Shown: piece after piece, positions 8,075 through 16,656 of the stretch
How positions within the stretch are numbered: the stretch's first letter is position 1
Layout: the number at the start of each line of letters is the position of its first letter
Notes under the pieces: generated by a model
What the model saw: only the letters and a program-made list of their open reading frames with translations
What the model was told of the DNA's origin: nothing
Database searches by the model: none
NCBI RefSeq assembly: GCF_000737315.1
Contig: NZ_JMCB01000008.1
Location: 1-64,000, forward strand
Reading direction: 5' to 3'
Length of the DNA: 64,000 nt
DNA from: Hyalangium minutum
GTDB lineage: Bacteria; Myxococcota; Myxococcia; Myxococcales; Myxococcaceae
Program-made: the position numbers and the translations under genes

Positions 8075-9329
8075 GGAAGAGCCTCGCCATGTGCTCCACG
8101 TTGCGCCGGCTCGCTCCGGAGATCTGTCCCACCACCGCTCGCGCTTGCGCTCCCAGCTGTGCCATCCGCTCCGGATGCGACAGCAGCTCCGAGACCTGCT
8201 GGAAGAGTTCCTCCGCGTCCTTCACCTGGATTCCACCTTGCCCCGCCAGCACCTGCACGCTGTCCCGGAAGTTGTCCATGTGCGGACCGAAGAGCACCGG
8301 CTTCCCCTGCCCTGCAGGCTCCAGGATGTTCTGCCCACCCCGCTTCGTAAACGAGCCTCCCACGAATACCAGCGTCGCCAGCCGGTACGCTCGCGCCAGC
8401 TCGCCGATCGTGTCGAGCACCACCACCTGCCCGCCCTCCCGGTTCTCCTGCGAGCGCAGCCCGACCGTCAGCCCCGCCTCCCGCGCCAGCGCCGCGATAC
8501 GCCCCGCTCTATCGGTGTACCGGGGCGCAATCACCAACCGCAGATCCGGGTGTGCCGGGAGCAGCCGCCGGAACACCGAGAGCAGGTGCTCCTCCTCGCC
8601 CTCGTGGGTGCTGCCCGCCATCCACACCCGCTCGCCCGCCTCGAGCCCCAGGGCCCGCCGCAGCCCCTCATCCTCCTGGGCCGGTGCCGCCGCGAGGGAG
8701 TCGAACTTCGTGTTGCCCGTCACCCACACCCGCTCCACTGGCGCGCCCAGGCCCTTCGCCCTTTCCGCCTCCTCTTCCTGACGCATCAGGAAGAGATCCA
8801 AGTCTCGCAGTGGGTTCCCAATCAGCGAAAAGAACAGCCGGTACTTGCTCACGTTCTTCGGAGAGAAGCGCCCGTTCGTCATCGCCACCCGGGCCCCTCT
8901 CCGCTTCGCCGCACGGATGAGGTTCGGCCAGATCTCCGTGTACTCCAGCACCAGCAGCGCCGGCTTGATTGCCCGAACCGCCCTGCGCGTGGCGCCCCAC
9001 AAGTCGTATGGCGCGTACACCACACCGTCGATCTGCTTCGCCAGCCGGTCCCTCGCCATCAGGTAGCCGGTGTTCGTCGTCGTGGAGAGCAGGATCCGGC
9101 AGCCCGGGAAGCGCTCGCGCAGTGGGCCGAACATGGGCGACAGGGCCAGCAGGTCGCCCGCGCTCGCACCGTGGAGCCAGAGCAGCGGCCCCGAGCCCTC
9201 CGGCAGCGTCCCCGGCGCGTAGAAGCCAAGCCGCTGCCCCAGGCCATGCCGCGTCTTCCGGTACACCGAGAGCACCGGGAACAGCACCGCGAAGAGCACA
9301 TAGCTGGCGAGGACGTACAGGAAGCGCAT
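8067..9329 (-). CDS. waaA: 3-deoxy-D-manno-octulosonic acid (Kdo) transferase
   Basis: LWLHGASAGD, YAPYD, EYTEIWPN, TGNTKFD, AGSTHEGEE, IAPRY, DTIGEL, GGSF..RGGQNILEPA. Confidence 0.95.
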   Translation of the reverse strand: MRFLYVLASYVLFAVLFPVLSVYRKTRHGLGQRLGFYAPGTLPEGSGPLLWLHGASAGDLLALSPMFGPLRERFPGCRILLSTTTNTGYLMARDRLAKQIDGVVYAPYDLWGATRRAVRAIKPALLVLEYTEIWPNLIRAAKRRGARVAMTNGRFSPKNVSKYRLFFSLIGNPLRDLDLFLMRQEEEAERAKGLGAPVERVWVTGNTKFDSLAAAPAQEDEGLRRALGLEAGERVWMAGSTHEGEEEHLLSVFRRLLPAHPDLRLVIAPRYTDRAGRIAALAREAGLTVGLRSQENREGGQVVVLDTIGELARAYRLATLVFVGGSFTKRGGQNILEPAGQGKPVLFGPHMDNFRDSVQVLAGQGGIQVKDAEELFQQVSELLSHPERMAQLGAQARAVVGQISGASRRNVEHMARLFHG

Positions 9330-9419
9330 GGGCGCGCCGCGTCCTCTATCAGATTTCCCGGAGTAGAGTGGGGCGACGCGGGCCCAGACTGCAGCCCGCG
9401 CCGTCCACGGTCCGCCGTC

Positions 9420-10832
9420 TTACGGCTGGATGGCGCAGGTGGTGGAGCGCACCTGCACGTCGTTGAGGATCTCCGTCAGCGACGCCTCGAGAGCGCTCGC
9501 ATCGCTGGCCGTGAAGTACAGCCCGCCGCCCACCTGCGCCGTGTTCTTCAGCAGGTTGTTCGGTGCGCCATAGCCCACGGTGTGGATCCTCAGGCTCTGG
9601 CGGCCACTGGTGTCGAAGTCCCCCACCACCGCGGGCGAGGACTGCTGCAGATCCTGGGTGGCCAGCAGCTTCGCCACGTCATCCAGGTAGTACTGGGCGT
9701 TGTCGTCGGCGTAGCTGACCGGGTCGACGCCCTTGTCCCGCGCGTTGTACGCGCCACAGGGCTCCGAGTCCGGGCAGTACACCGGCCCGCCATTGACGGT
9801 GCGCAGCTGGCTCACGATGCCCGACGCCAGGGTGTCCGCGGAGGGATCTCCATCCGCAATCACGATGACGGCGGAGTGCTGGCAGCCCCAGCACCAGCTG
9901 CGGCTCTGATAGGTGAGCGGGGAGTTCTTGAACGAAGTGGGGTAGGAGTAGTTCGTGCCGAAGCCGAACGTGTCCCGGTACACGTCATCCCCCGAGGTGA
10001 AGTAGTAGCCCACGTTGAGCAGCGAGCGGGCCAGCGTCGAGGAGGTGGTGAAGGTCAGTCCGTTGATGGCGTTGATGTAGCTGGCGCGATTGTTGTCAAA
10101 GGAGCTGGCGTCGTTGAGGATCTGCGAGCAAGCAGGGTTCTGCCCGCGCCCCAGCACGGTGGAGGGCGTGGAGTTGGAGAAGTAGCTCATCCCAGCGCGC
10201 AGGCCGCTCAACTGGGAGACAACCTTCTTCAGCACCGCATTGACCGTCACGTACTTGGGTGGGTTGAAGTTGAGGAACCGGCCCCGGAAGATGAAGTTCG
10301 GGTTGGTCAGCGGCGGCGTGTTCCGGCCGACGGTCCCGGGCAACTTGTAGTAGCCCTTGAGGTCCAGGCAGCTCAGGCACCGCGAGTACTCCGTGGCCCC
10401 CGTGCCCGTCCAATCCGGAACCTGCCCCTGACAGGCCGCCGCCGCCGAGTTCCACTGCGGCGACGGGTTGTTCAGGTCCGCCCAGTACATGTAGCCGTAG
10501 TACTTGGTGTCCTGGAACAGGTTGGGGAAGCCCATGTCCGAGCCCAGCTGCGTGCCCTGATCCGGCACCGCGTAGGCCGTGTCCGGGTTCCAGCCGTGGC
10601 TGAGCTGGAACTCGTCCAGCTTCGGGTTGAAGCACCCGCTCACGGTGCTGTTGAAGAACTCCGCGTGGTCACTCCCCACGACCTGCGGCAGCTCCCTCAT
10701 GGAGCCAGAGGTATCCATGAGGAAGTGGATGTTGGGAGGCGTACCTCCTGTCTGCGCGGACGCGTTACCTGCAGCGCCACTCAGCACCAAACCGAGACAG
10801 AGACGCGCGGCGAAGGAACTCCAGACGGGCAT
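9420..10832 (-). CDS. Secreted vWA-domain protein resembling the N-terminal half of PilY1
   Basis: Signal peptide (..AAGNASA/Q), MIDAS DTSGS, STLARSL, VIADGD, IHTVGYG, LLKNTAQVGGGLYF; SD AAGGAG before ATG 10832; no C-terminal beta-propeller. Confidence 0.7.
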   Translation of the reverse strand: MPVWSSFAARLCLGLVLSGAAGNASAQTGGTPPNIHFLMDTSGSMRELPQVVGSDHAEFFNSTVSGCFNPKLDEFQLSHGWNPDTAYAVPDQGTQLGSDMGFPNLFQDTKYYGYMYWADLNNPSPQWNSAAAACQGQVPDWTGTGATEYSRCLSCLDLKGYYKLPGTVGRNTPPLTNPNFIFRGRFLNFNPPKYVTVNAVLKKVVSQLSGLRAGMSYFSNSTPSTVLGRGQNPACSQILNDASSFDNNRASYINAINGLTFTTSSTLARSLLNVGYYFTSGDDVYRDTFGFGTNYSYPTSFKNSPLTYQSRSWCWGCQHSAVIVIADGDPSADTLASGIVSQLRTVNGGPVYCPDSEPCGAYNARDKGVDPVSYADDNAQYYLDDVAKLLATQDLQQSSPAVVGDFDTSGRQSLRIHTVGYGAPNNLLKNTAQVGGGLYFTASDASALEASLTEILNDVQVRSTTCAIQP

Positions 10833-10902
10833 GAGGGCTTCTCCTTGGGCAGGTACTCGGGGGTCAGCGAGGAGCCAAGCGCTCCCCGCGTCGCAACCCC
10901 TC

Positions 10903-10918
10903 TGCAAAGGCGCGGCCC
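10903..10918 (-). promoter_or_regulatory. Putative sigma54 (-24/-12) promoter of the vWA gene
   Basis: GGGCCGC-GCCT-TTGCA on the minus strand: GG-N10-GC spacing with a perfect TTGCA -12 box. Confidence 0.5.
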
Positions 10919-10990
10919 GAGCCCTACGTCACACCAACCCCCTGAAAAGACACAGCCGCGGCACAGCCAGGAGCAGGCTTCGCTCAAGGG

Positions 10991-11018
10991 TGCACCTCGC
11001 AACGGATGCACCTCGCAA
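10991..11018. repeat. Perfect 12-bp direct repeat, candidate activator site
   Basis: TGCACCTCGCAA at 10991-11002 and 11007-11018 in the intergenic region. Confidence 0.85.
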
Positions 11019-11040
11019 AGTTTGCTGCTCCCGGCCGCCT

Positions 11041-11820
11041 TCAGTTCTTCAGCCGGTAGCCGGTCTTGAAGATCCACGCGACCACGCCCAGGCAGACGAA
11101 GAAGAAGACCAGCGTCGCCCCCAGGCTGATCCCCACATCCACGTCCGCCTGGCCGTAGAAGCTCCAGCGGAAGCCGCTGATCAGGTACACCACCGGGTTG
11201 AACAGGGTGACTGTCCGCCAGAGCGGCGGCAGCATATTGATGGAGTAGAAGGCTCCGCCCAGGAACGTCAGCGGCGTGAGGATCAGCGTCGGGATGATCT
11301 GCAGCTGCTCGAAGCCGTTGGCCCAGACGCCGATGATGAAGCCGAACAGGCTGAAGGTGACCGACGTCAGCACCAGGAAGGCCACCATCCACACCGGGTG
11401 CTGGATCTCCACCGGTACGAACAGCGCCGAGGTGGCCAGGATGATCAACCCCAGCAGGAGCGACTTGCTGGCCGCCGCTCCCACGTAGGCGATGACGATC
11501 TCCACAAAGGAGACCGGCGCCGACAGCACCTCGTAGATGGTGCCGGTAAACCTCGGGAAGTAGATACCGAACGAGCCGTTCGAGACGCTCTGCGTGAACA
11601 GCGACAGCATGATGAGCCCCGGCACGATGAAGGCGCCGTAGGTCACCCCATCCACCTGCGTCATCCGTGAGCCGATCGCCGAGCCGAAAACCACGAAGTA
11701 CAGCGAAGTCGAGATCACCGGCGAGACGATGCTCTGCCACAGCGTGCGGAAGGCCCGGGCCATCTCGAACCGGTAGATGGCGCGGATCGCGTGAACGTTG
11801 AAGCTCGGGGGCTGGCTCAT
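11041..11820 (-). CDS. ABC-2 transporter permease (YadH-like)
   Basis: [25 protein letters not shown], six TM segments, [25 protein letters not shown]. Confidence 0.9.
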   Translation of the reverse strand: MSQPPSFNVHAIRAIYRFEMARAFRTLWQSIVSPVISTSLYFVVFGSAIGSRMTQVDGVTYGAFIVPGLIMLSLFTQSVSNGSFGIYFPRFTGTIYEVLSAPVSFVEIVIAYVGAAASKSLLLGLIILATSALFVPVEIQHPVWMVAFLVLTSVTFSLFGFIIGVWANGFEQLQIIPTLILTPLTFLGGAFYSINMLPPLWRTVTLFNPVVYLISGFRWSFYGQADVDVGISLGATLVFFFVCLGVVAWIFKTGYRLKN

Positions 11821-12743
11821 GTCCGCTCCTTCACCAGGCTGACGAAGATGTCCTCGAGCGAGCTCTGGCGGGTGTGGAGATCCTTGTAGGTGATGCCGTG
11901 GTCCGTCAGCCGCTTCAGCAGGCTGGGAATGTCCGTACGCTCGTCATGCGAGTCGAACGTGTAGATGAGCTCGGTCCCCGCCGCTGACAGGGTCAGCCTC
12001 GGGTCGGCCAGATCCGGCGGGATGCCGCCGAGCTTGTCGTGCAGGTTCAGCGTCAGCTGCTTCTTGCCCAGCTTGGTCATCAGCGCCGTCTTCTCCTCGA
12101 CCAGGATGAGCTCCCCCTTGGAGATGACGCCGATGCGGTCCGCCATCTCCTCGGCCTCTTCGATGTAGTGGGTGGTCAGGATGATCGTCACGCCGCTGGC
12201 TCGCAGCTTCCGGACCATCTCCCACATGTCGCGCCGCAGCGCGACGTCCACACCCGCGGTGGGCTCATCGAGGAACAGGATCAGCGGCTCGTGGGACAGG
12301 GCCTTGGCGATCATCACCCGCCGCTTCATGCCGCCGGACAAGGTCATGATCTTCGAGTCCCGCTTGTCCCAGAGCGACAGGTCCTTGAGCACCTTCTCCA
12401 CGTACGCCGGGTTGGGCGCCTTGCCGAACAGGCCCCGGCTGAAGGAGACCGTGGCCCAGACCGTCTCGAAGGCGTCCGTGGTCAGTTCCTGCGGCACCAG
12501 CCCGATCTCCGTCCTCGCCGACCGATAGTCGCGCTGGATGTCGTGCCCGTTCGCCAGCACTTTGCCGCTGGTCGGCGTCACGATGCCGCAGATGATGCTG
12601 ATCAGGGTCGTCTTGCCCGCCCCATTGGGCCCCAGCAGCGCGAAGATCTCGCCGCGGCGGATCTCCAGGTTGATGTTCTTGAGCGCGTGAAGGCCCGAGG
12701 CATAGGTCTTCATCAGCCCTTGAACCGAGATGATCGATTCCAT
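11817..12743 (-). CDS. ABC transporter ATP-binding protein (YadG-like)
   Basis: [37 protein letters not shown]; ATG at 12743. Confidence 0.92.
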   Translation of the reverse strand: MESIISVQGLMKTYASGLHALKNINLEIRRGEIFALLGPNGAGKTTLISIICGIVTPTSGKVLANGHDIQRDYRSARTEIGLVPQELTTDAFETVWATVSFSRGLFGKAPNPAYVEKVLKDLSLWDKRDSKIMTLSGGMKRRVMIAKALSHEPLILFLDEPTAGVDVALRRDMWEMVRKLRASGVTIILTTHYIEEAEEMADRIGVISKGELILVEEKTALMTKLGKKQLTLNLHDKLGGIPPDLADPRLTLSAAGTELIYTFDSHDERTDIPSLLKRLTDHGITYKDLHTRQSSLEDIFVSLVKERT

Positions 12744-12768
12744 GGGGCGCACATATAGCCCGAGACGG

Positions 12769-12796
12769 CTCGACGCCAAGGAAGGAACATGGTTCC
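12769..12796 (-). promoter_or_regulatory. Putative ECF-sigma promoter of the ABC operon
   Basis: GGAACC-N16-GTCGAG on the minus strand, 26 nt upstream of the ATG; same geometry as the motif upstream of the ECF gene. Confidence 0.5.
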
Positions 12797-12867
12797 ACTG
12801 AGGGAAAGCCCCCGGTTTCCTGGAGCCACTCTCTGTCTACACTGCGAACTCCGGGAGGAGTGCAATC

Positions 12868-13707
12868 GTGAAGAAGCTCTCGTGGCTGATGGCCATCCTG
12901 CTGTTCGTGGGTACACCAAAGACATGGGCCGCCGAAGAGAATCCAGCTCCGCCAGCGCCCAAGGCCAAGCGTAAGGCTTCCGCCAAGACGGCGGCGCCCG
13001 CGCCCGCGCCCGCTCCAGCCCCCGAACCTCCCGCGAAGCCCGCAAGCCCTCCCCCCGCACCTGCCCCTGCTCCGGCGCCTGCCGCTCCCGCTCCTGTTGC
13101 CCCCGCAGAGGCTCCGGAGCCTGCTCCCAGCTGGTTGCAGGGCGTCGGGGATCTCGACATGCGGGTGCACCTGGACGGAGACATCCTGCTGGCATTCGTC
13201 GAGCTCGGCGTGGCAGCGGACCTCGGTCTGATTCCAGCGGGCCCCGGTACGGTGGCCGTGGGAGCGGAGCTGAGCGGAGGCATCTGCCTCACGGCCTGTG
13301 GGCTCATCGGACTGCTGACAGGCATCAGCGTCAGCGATCGCTTCATCAGCCCGCACGCGCGCCTGACCTACCACTTCCTCCCGCCCAACCAGAAGCTGGA
13401 GGGGGTCGACCTCTACGGCCTGGTGCTCGCTGGCGTCACCGTGTCCAACCAGAAGGTGTCCGGACGCATCGAGAACGTCGACTTCAGCTTCACGGGCACG
13501 GGCGTGGGCCCGTCCCTGGGCCTCGGCCTGGGCGCCAAGAAGTTCGTCAAGGAGCGCCTCTTCATCGGCGGCGAGGTCCGGCTGAGGTATGCACGCGGCG
13601 ACTACCACTACTCGGAGCAGGTCGAGAACATCACCCTCCTCGGGGTGGATCCGGACTGGAGCCAGACGGGCTTGAGCCTCCTCGTCTTCGGCGGCATTCG
13701 CATCTGA
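12868..13707 (+). CDS. Exported protein with Pro/Ala-rich linker and probable small outer-membrane beta-barrel
   Basis: GTG start after GGAGG; signal peptide; (AP)n linker; alternating beta-strand pattern, C-terminal strand LLVFGGIRI. Confidence 0.7.
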   Translation: MKKLSWLMAILLFVGTPKTWAAEENPAPPAPKAKRKASAKTAAPAPAPAPAPEPPAKPASPPPAPAPAPAPAAPAPVAPAEAPEPAPSWLQGVGDLDMRVHLDGDILLAFVELGVAADLGLIPAGPGTVAVGAELSGGICLTACGLIGLLTGISVSDRFISPHARLTYHFLPPNQKLEGVDLYGLVLAGVTVSNQKVSGRIENVDFSFTGTGVGPSLGLGLGAKKFVKERLFIGGEVRLRYARGDYHYSEQVENITLLGVDPDWSQTGLSLLVFGGIRI

Positions 13708-13717
13708 GCGCGCGCCG

Positions 13718-14872
13718 TCAGCCGCCCGAGCCTCTTGGCAGCACGCGGATGGGGCTCGGGACGATCCAGGGCCTCCACTCCGAGCCGAAGAAGCGCCCCG
13801 GCGCTTGCACCCAGGCCTCGATCTGCACCGCGCCCTCGGTCACCAGCTCGACCGTCGTTCCGTCCGGCCCCAGCCGGCCCGCACCTGAGACTTCCAGCCG
13901 AACCTGGCCGGGCTCGTGCGGTGGCAGGCGGACTGTCAGCGTGTCCCCTACCCACGCCTCCCGCTGGCCCGAGAGCGGCCCCTCGAGCGCGAATCCCATG
14001 GGCTCTCCCAGCCCTCGGAAGGCGCAGAGGGACTGCCCGCCCGATAGCGCCCGCACCACCTGGGCCGCCGCCGTCCGTGGCTCCGTCGAGAGCGGCTCCG
14101 GAAGCGCCGTGGGCGGCAGGTACATGGCCAGCGCGCGGAAGACGTCCCTGTAGGGGGGCCAGCCGTGTGCGTCATGCGAGCAGAACGCCAGCCGGGGCTG
14201 CTCCCGGGTGAGCTCGAGCAGCCACTCCGTGCTCGCGGGCTGCGGCGTCACCAGCACCATCACCCCATGCACGGGGTTGGAGAACCAAGCCCCCACCGCC
14301 GGAATCAGCCGCGAGAACGGGTTGCGAACCGCGTCCCGGAAGAACGTGTCCGCCGAGTACAGCTCGAAGCCTCTCGCTCGGCGTGCTGCCTCGCGATCTG
14401 TCCACGGGTTCTTCTTCTGGACGGGATGGGCGAGCACCGCGACACCGCCCGCTGCCTCCACCGCGCTCACGCCCTCCTGCCGTGCCCGCGCGCCATCCAG
14501 CGGCTTCTGCATCCCGAACGCCACCACATGTCCGGTCGACGTGGAGATCTCCACCGCCGGAATCACCAGCACGCCGTTCACAAAGGAGGGATCGCGCGGG
14601 CCAAAGTCGTTGTGGTCCGTGAGCACCACGAACTGGAGCCCTGCCTCTCGCGCCGCCGCCGCGACCTCCTCCACCGTTCCTTTCCCGTCCGAGCGCGTGG
14701 TGTGCACGTGGAAGGCGCCTCGAGGCCAGGCCTGCACGCCCTCCTGAGGCGCCACCACCGGGTAGTCGACCGTCGTCGCCGCACAGGTGAAGAAGCCCGC
14801 GAACCCCACCAGCAAGAGCACCAGCCCCAGGAGGGCTCGGAGCAGCTTGCCCACCACGGCGGCTGGCTTCAT
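13718..14872 (-). CDS. PHP-domain metal-dependent phosphoesterase with N-terminal membrane anchor
   Basis: HVHTTRSDG, LTDHN, EIST..GH, LAHP, SHDAHG; ATG at 14872 overlaps the msbA stop (ATGA). Confidence 0.8.
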   Translation of the reverse strand: MKPAAVVGKLLRALLGLVLLLVGFAGFFTCAATTVDYPVVAPQEGVQAWPRGAFHVHTTRSDGKGTVEEVAAAAREAGLQFVVLTDHNDFGPRDPSFVNGVLVIPAVEISTSTGHVVAFGMQKPLDGARARQEGVSAVEAAGGVAVLAHPVQKKNPWTDREAARRARGFELYSADTFFRDAVRNPFSRLIPAVGAWFSNPVHGVMVLVTPQPASTEWLLELTREQPRLAFCSHDAHGWPPYRDVFRALAMYLPPTALPEPLSTEPRTAAAQVVRALSGGQSLCAFRGLGEPMGFALEGPLSGQREAWVGDTLTVRLPPHEPGQVRLEVSGAGRLGPDGTTVELVTEGAVQIEAWVQAPGRFFGSEWRPWIVPSPIRVLPRGSGG

Positions 14873-16656
14873 GCCGCGCCTCGCTCGGCCCCCGAGGTCT
14901 GCAGGGCCCACAGCGCAGCGTAGCGCCCGCTCGCCTGGAGCAGCTCCGCATGGGTTCCGCTCTCGACGACCCGGCCCGCCTCCATCACGTGGATGATGTC
15001 CGCTCCCGTTACCGTCGAGAGCCGGTGGGCGATCACCAGCGCCGTCCGCCCCGGGAGCACCGCCGCCAGCGCCGCCTGCACCTCGCGCTCACTCTCCGGG
15101 TCCAGGCTGCTGGTGGCCTCGTCCAGCACCAGCACCGGCGCCCGAGAGAGCACCGCCCGAGCGATGCACAGCCGCTGGCGCTGCCCTCCGCTCAGGATGA
15201 CTCCGCGCTCCCCGATGCGCGTCTCGTACCCCTGCGGCAGGTTCCGGATGAATCCGTCCGCCTGGGCCACTCGCGCCGCCGCCTCGACTTCTTCGAGCGT
15301 CGCGTCCGGCCGGGAGAAGCGCAGGTTGTCCAGCACCGTGCCCGAGAACAGCAGTGGCTCCTGGGTCACCAGCGCGAATTGGGAGCGAACACTCGCTGCC
15401 GCGTAGCGATCCGCGTCTACCCCTTCGAGGAGCAGGTGCCCCGACTGAGGCTTCTCGAAGCGCAGCAGCAACGAGGTCACCGTGCTCTTGCCTCCGCCGC
15501 TCGGGCCCACCAGCGCTGTCACCTTGCCTACCGGCAGCTCCAGCGTCAGCCCCTCCAGCGCTCGGCGCTGCCCATAGGAGAAGTGCACGTCCTGGAAGCG
15601 GAGCCCCTGTCGCAGCGTCGGCGCGGGCAGTGCCTCCGGCGGGTCTTCCACCGGGTGGCGCAGATCCAGCAGCGCGAAGAGCCGCTCGCCCGAGATGGCT
15701 GCCTGCATCGCGAACTGGGTGACTCGGCCGAGATCCTTCACCGGCTGGTACACCAGGATGACCGCCGTGATCAGCGACAGCAGCGCCGCAGGCTCCATCG
15801 CCCGTGTCGCCGCCGCATAGGCCAGCATCCCCGCGAGCGCCGCTGCCGCGAGCACCTCCATCAGCCCCGGCACGGCCCCTCGCGCCCAGGCCGCGCTGAC
15901 CACCGCCTTCTCGTGCGCCTTCGTATGCGCCGAGAACCGCTCCAGTTCCGCTGCCTGCCCGTTGAAGGCCTGGATGGTCCGCAGCCCGCCCAGGCCCTCG
16001 TGCAGCTGCCCCGCCAGCTGGCCCAGCTGCGACTGCCCCTCCCGCGTCCGCTTCAGCGCCTTGCGCGTGAGCCGCGAGGCCGGCAGCGCCGCCAGCGGGA
16101 TGACCGCCAGCATCACCCCTCCCAGCAGCGGGCTCATCGACAGCGCCACGCCCGCGAGCACCAGCACCTGCAGCGAGTCGCGCAGGTACGAGCCCACCGT
16201 ATACATCGCCGCCCACTCCACCGCCGTCATGTCCGTGGAGAAGCGGCTGAGCAAATCCCCCACCCGCTCCTTCGAGAGCTGCGAGGGCGACAGCGCCGTG
16301 AGCTTCAGAAACACCTCGCGCCGCAGGTCCTTCACCACCCGCTGCGCGAACAGCCCCATGAAGTAGAACTGCCCCAGGTACCCCACGCCCTTGATGAGGC
16401 CGATCAGCACCACCACCACCGGGAAGCCCCACAGCGCGGTCTCGCGCGGCAGCTTCGACAGCCAGGGCACCGCATGCTCGCCCCCGAAGCCCTCCGTGCC
16501 TCCCGAGAGCAGGAACCGGAGCGCCGGGCCCATCAGGTACGCGTACGCGCCCGTGCCCAGCCCCAGCACCGCCATGCACCCGAACGCCGCCACGAGCACG
16601 CTCACGTGGGGCCGCCCGTAGCGCAGCAGCCGCCACAGCACCGCTGGCACGCTCAT
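14869..16656 (-). CDS. msbA: MsbA-type ABC transporter (probable lipid A flippase)
   Basis: TMD+NBD fusion; GPSGGGKST, LSGGQRQR, VLDEATSSLD, IAHRLST; located in the lipid A cluster. Confidence 0.8.
   Translation of the reverse strand: MSVPAVLWRLLRYGRPHVSVLVAAFGCMAVLGLGTGAYAYLMGPALRFLLSGGTEGFGGEHAVPWLSKLPRETALWGFPVVVVLIGLIKGVGYLGQFYFMGLFAQRVVKDLRREVFLKLTALSPSQLSKERVGDLLSRFSTDMTAVEWAAMYTVGSYLRDSLQVLVLAGVALSMSPLLGGVMLAVIPLAALPASRLTRKALKRTREGQSQLGQLAGQLHEGLGGLRTIQAFNGQAAELERFSAHTKAHEKAVVSAAWARGAVPGLMEVLAAAALAGMLAYAAATRAMEPAALLSLITAVILVYQPVKDLGRVTQFAMQAAISGERLFALLDLRHPVEDPPEALPAPTLRQGLRFQDVHFSYGQRRALEGLTLELPVGKVTALVGPSGGGKSTVTSLLLRFEKPQSGHLLLEGVDADRYAAASVRSQFALVTQEPLLFSGTVLDNLRFSRPDATLEEVEAAARVAQADGFIRNLPQGYETRIGERGVILSGGQRQRLCIARAVLSRAPVLVLDEATSSLDPESEREVQAALAAVLPGRTALVIAHRLSTVTGADIIHVMEAGRVVESGTHAELLQASGRYAALWALQTSGAERGAA

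Noticed and set aside
7656-11069. 1137-aa + strand ORF
   Set aside because: Antisense shadow of the GT4, waaA and vWA genes, expected from high GC3; no domain motifs
12917-13130. GC-rich low-complexity repeat as an independent repeat element
   Set aside because: Encodes the Ala/Pro linker of the 12868-13707 protein; the codons are diverged, not an exact tandem array
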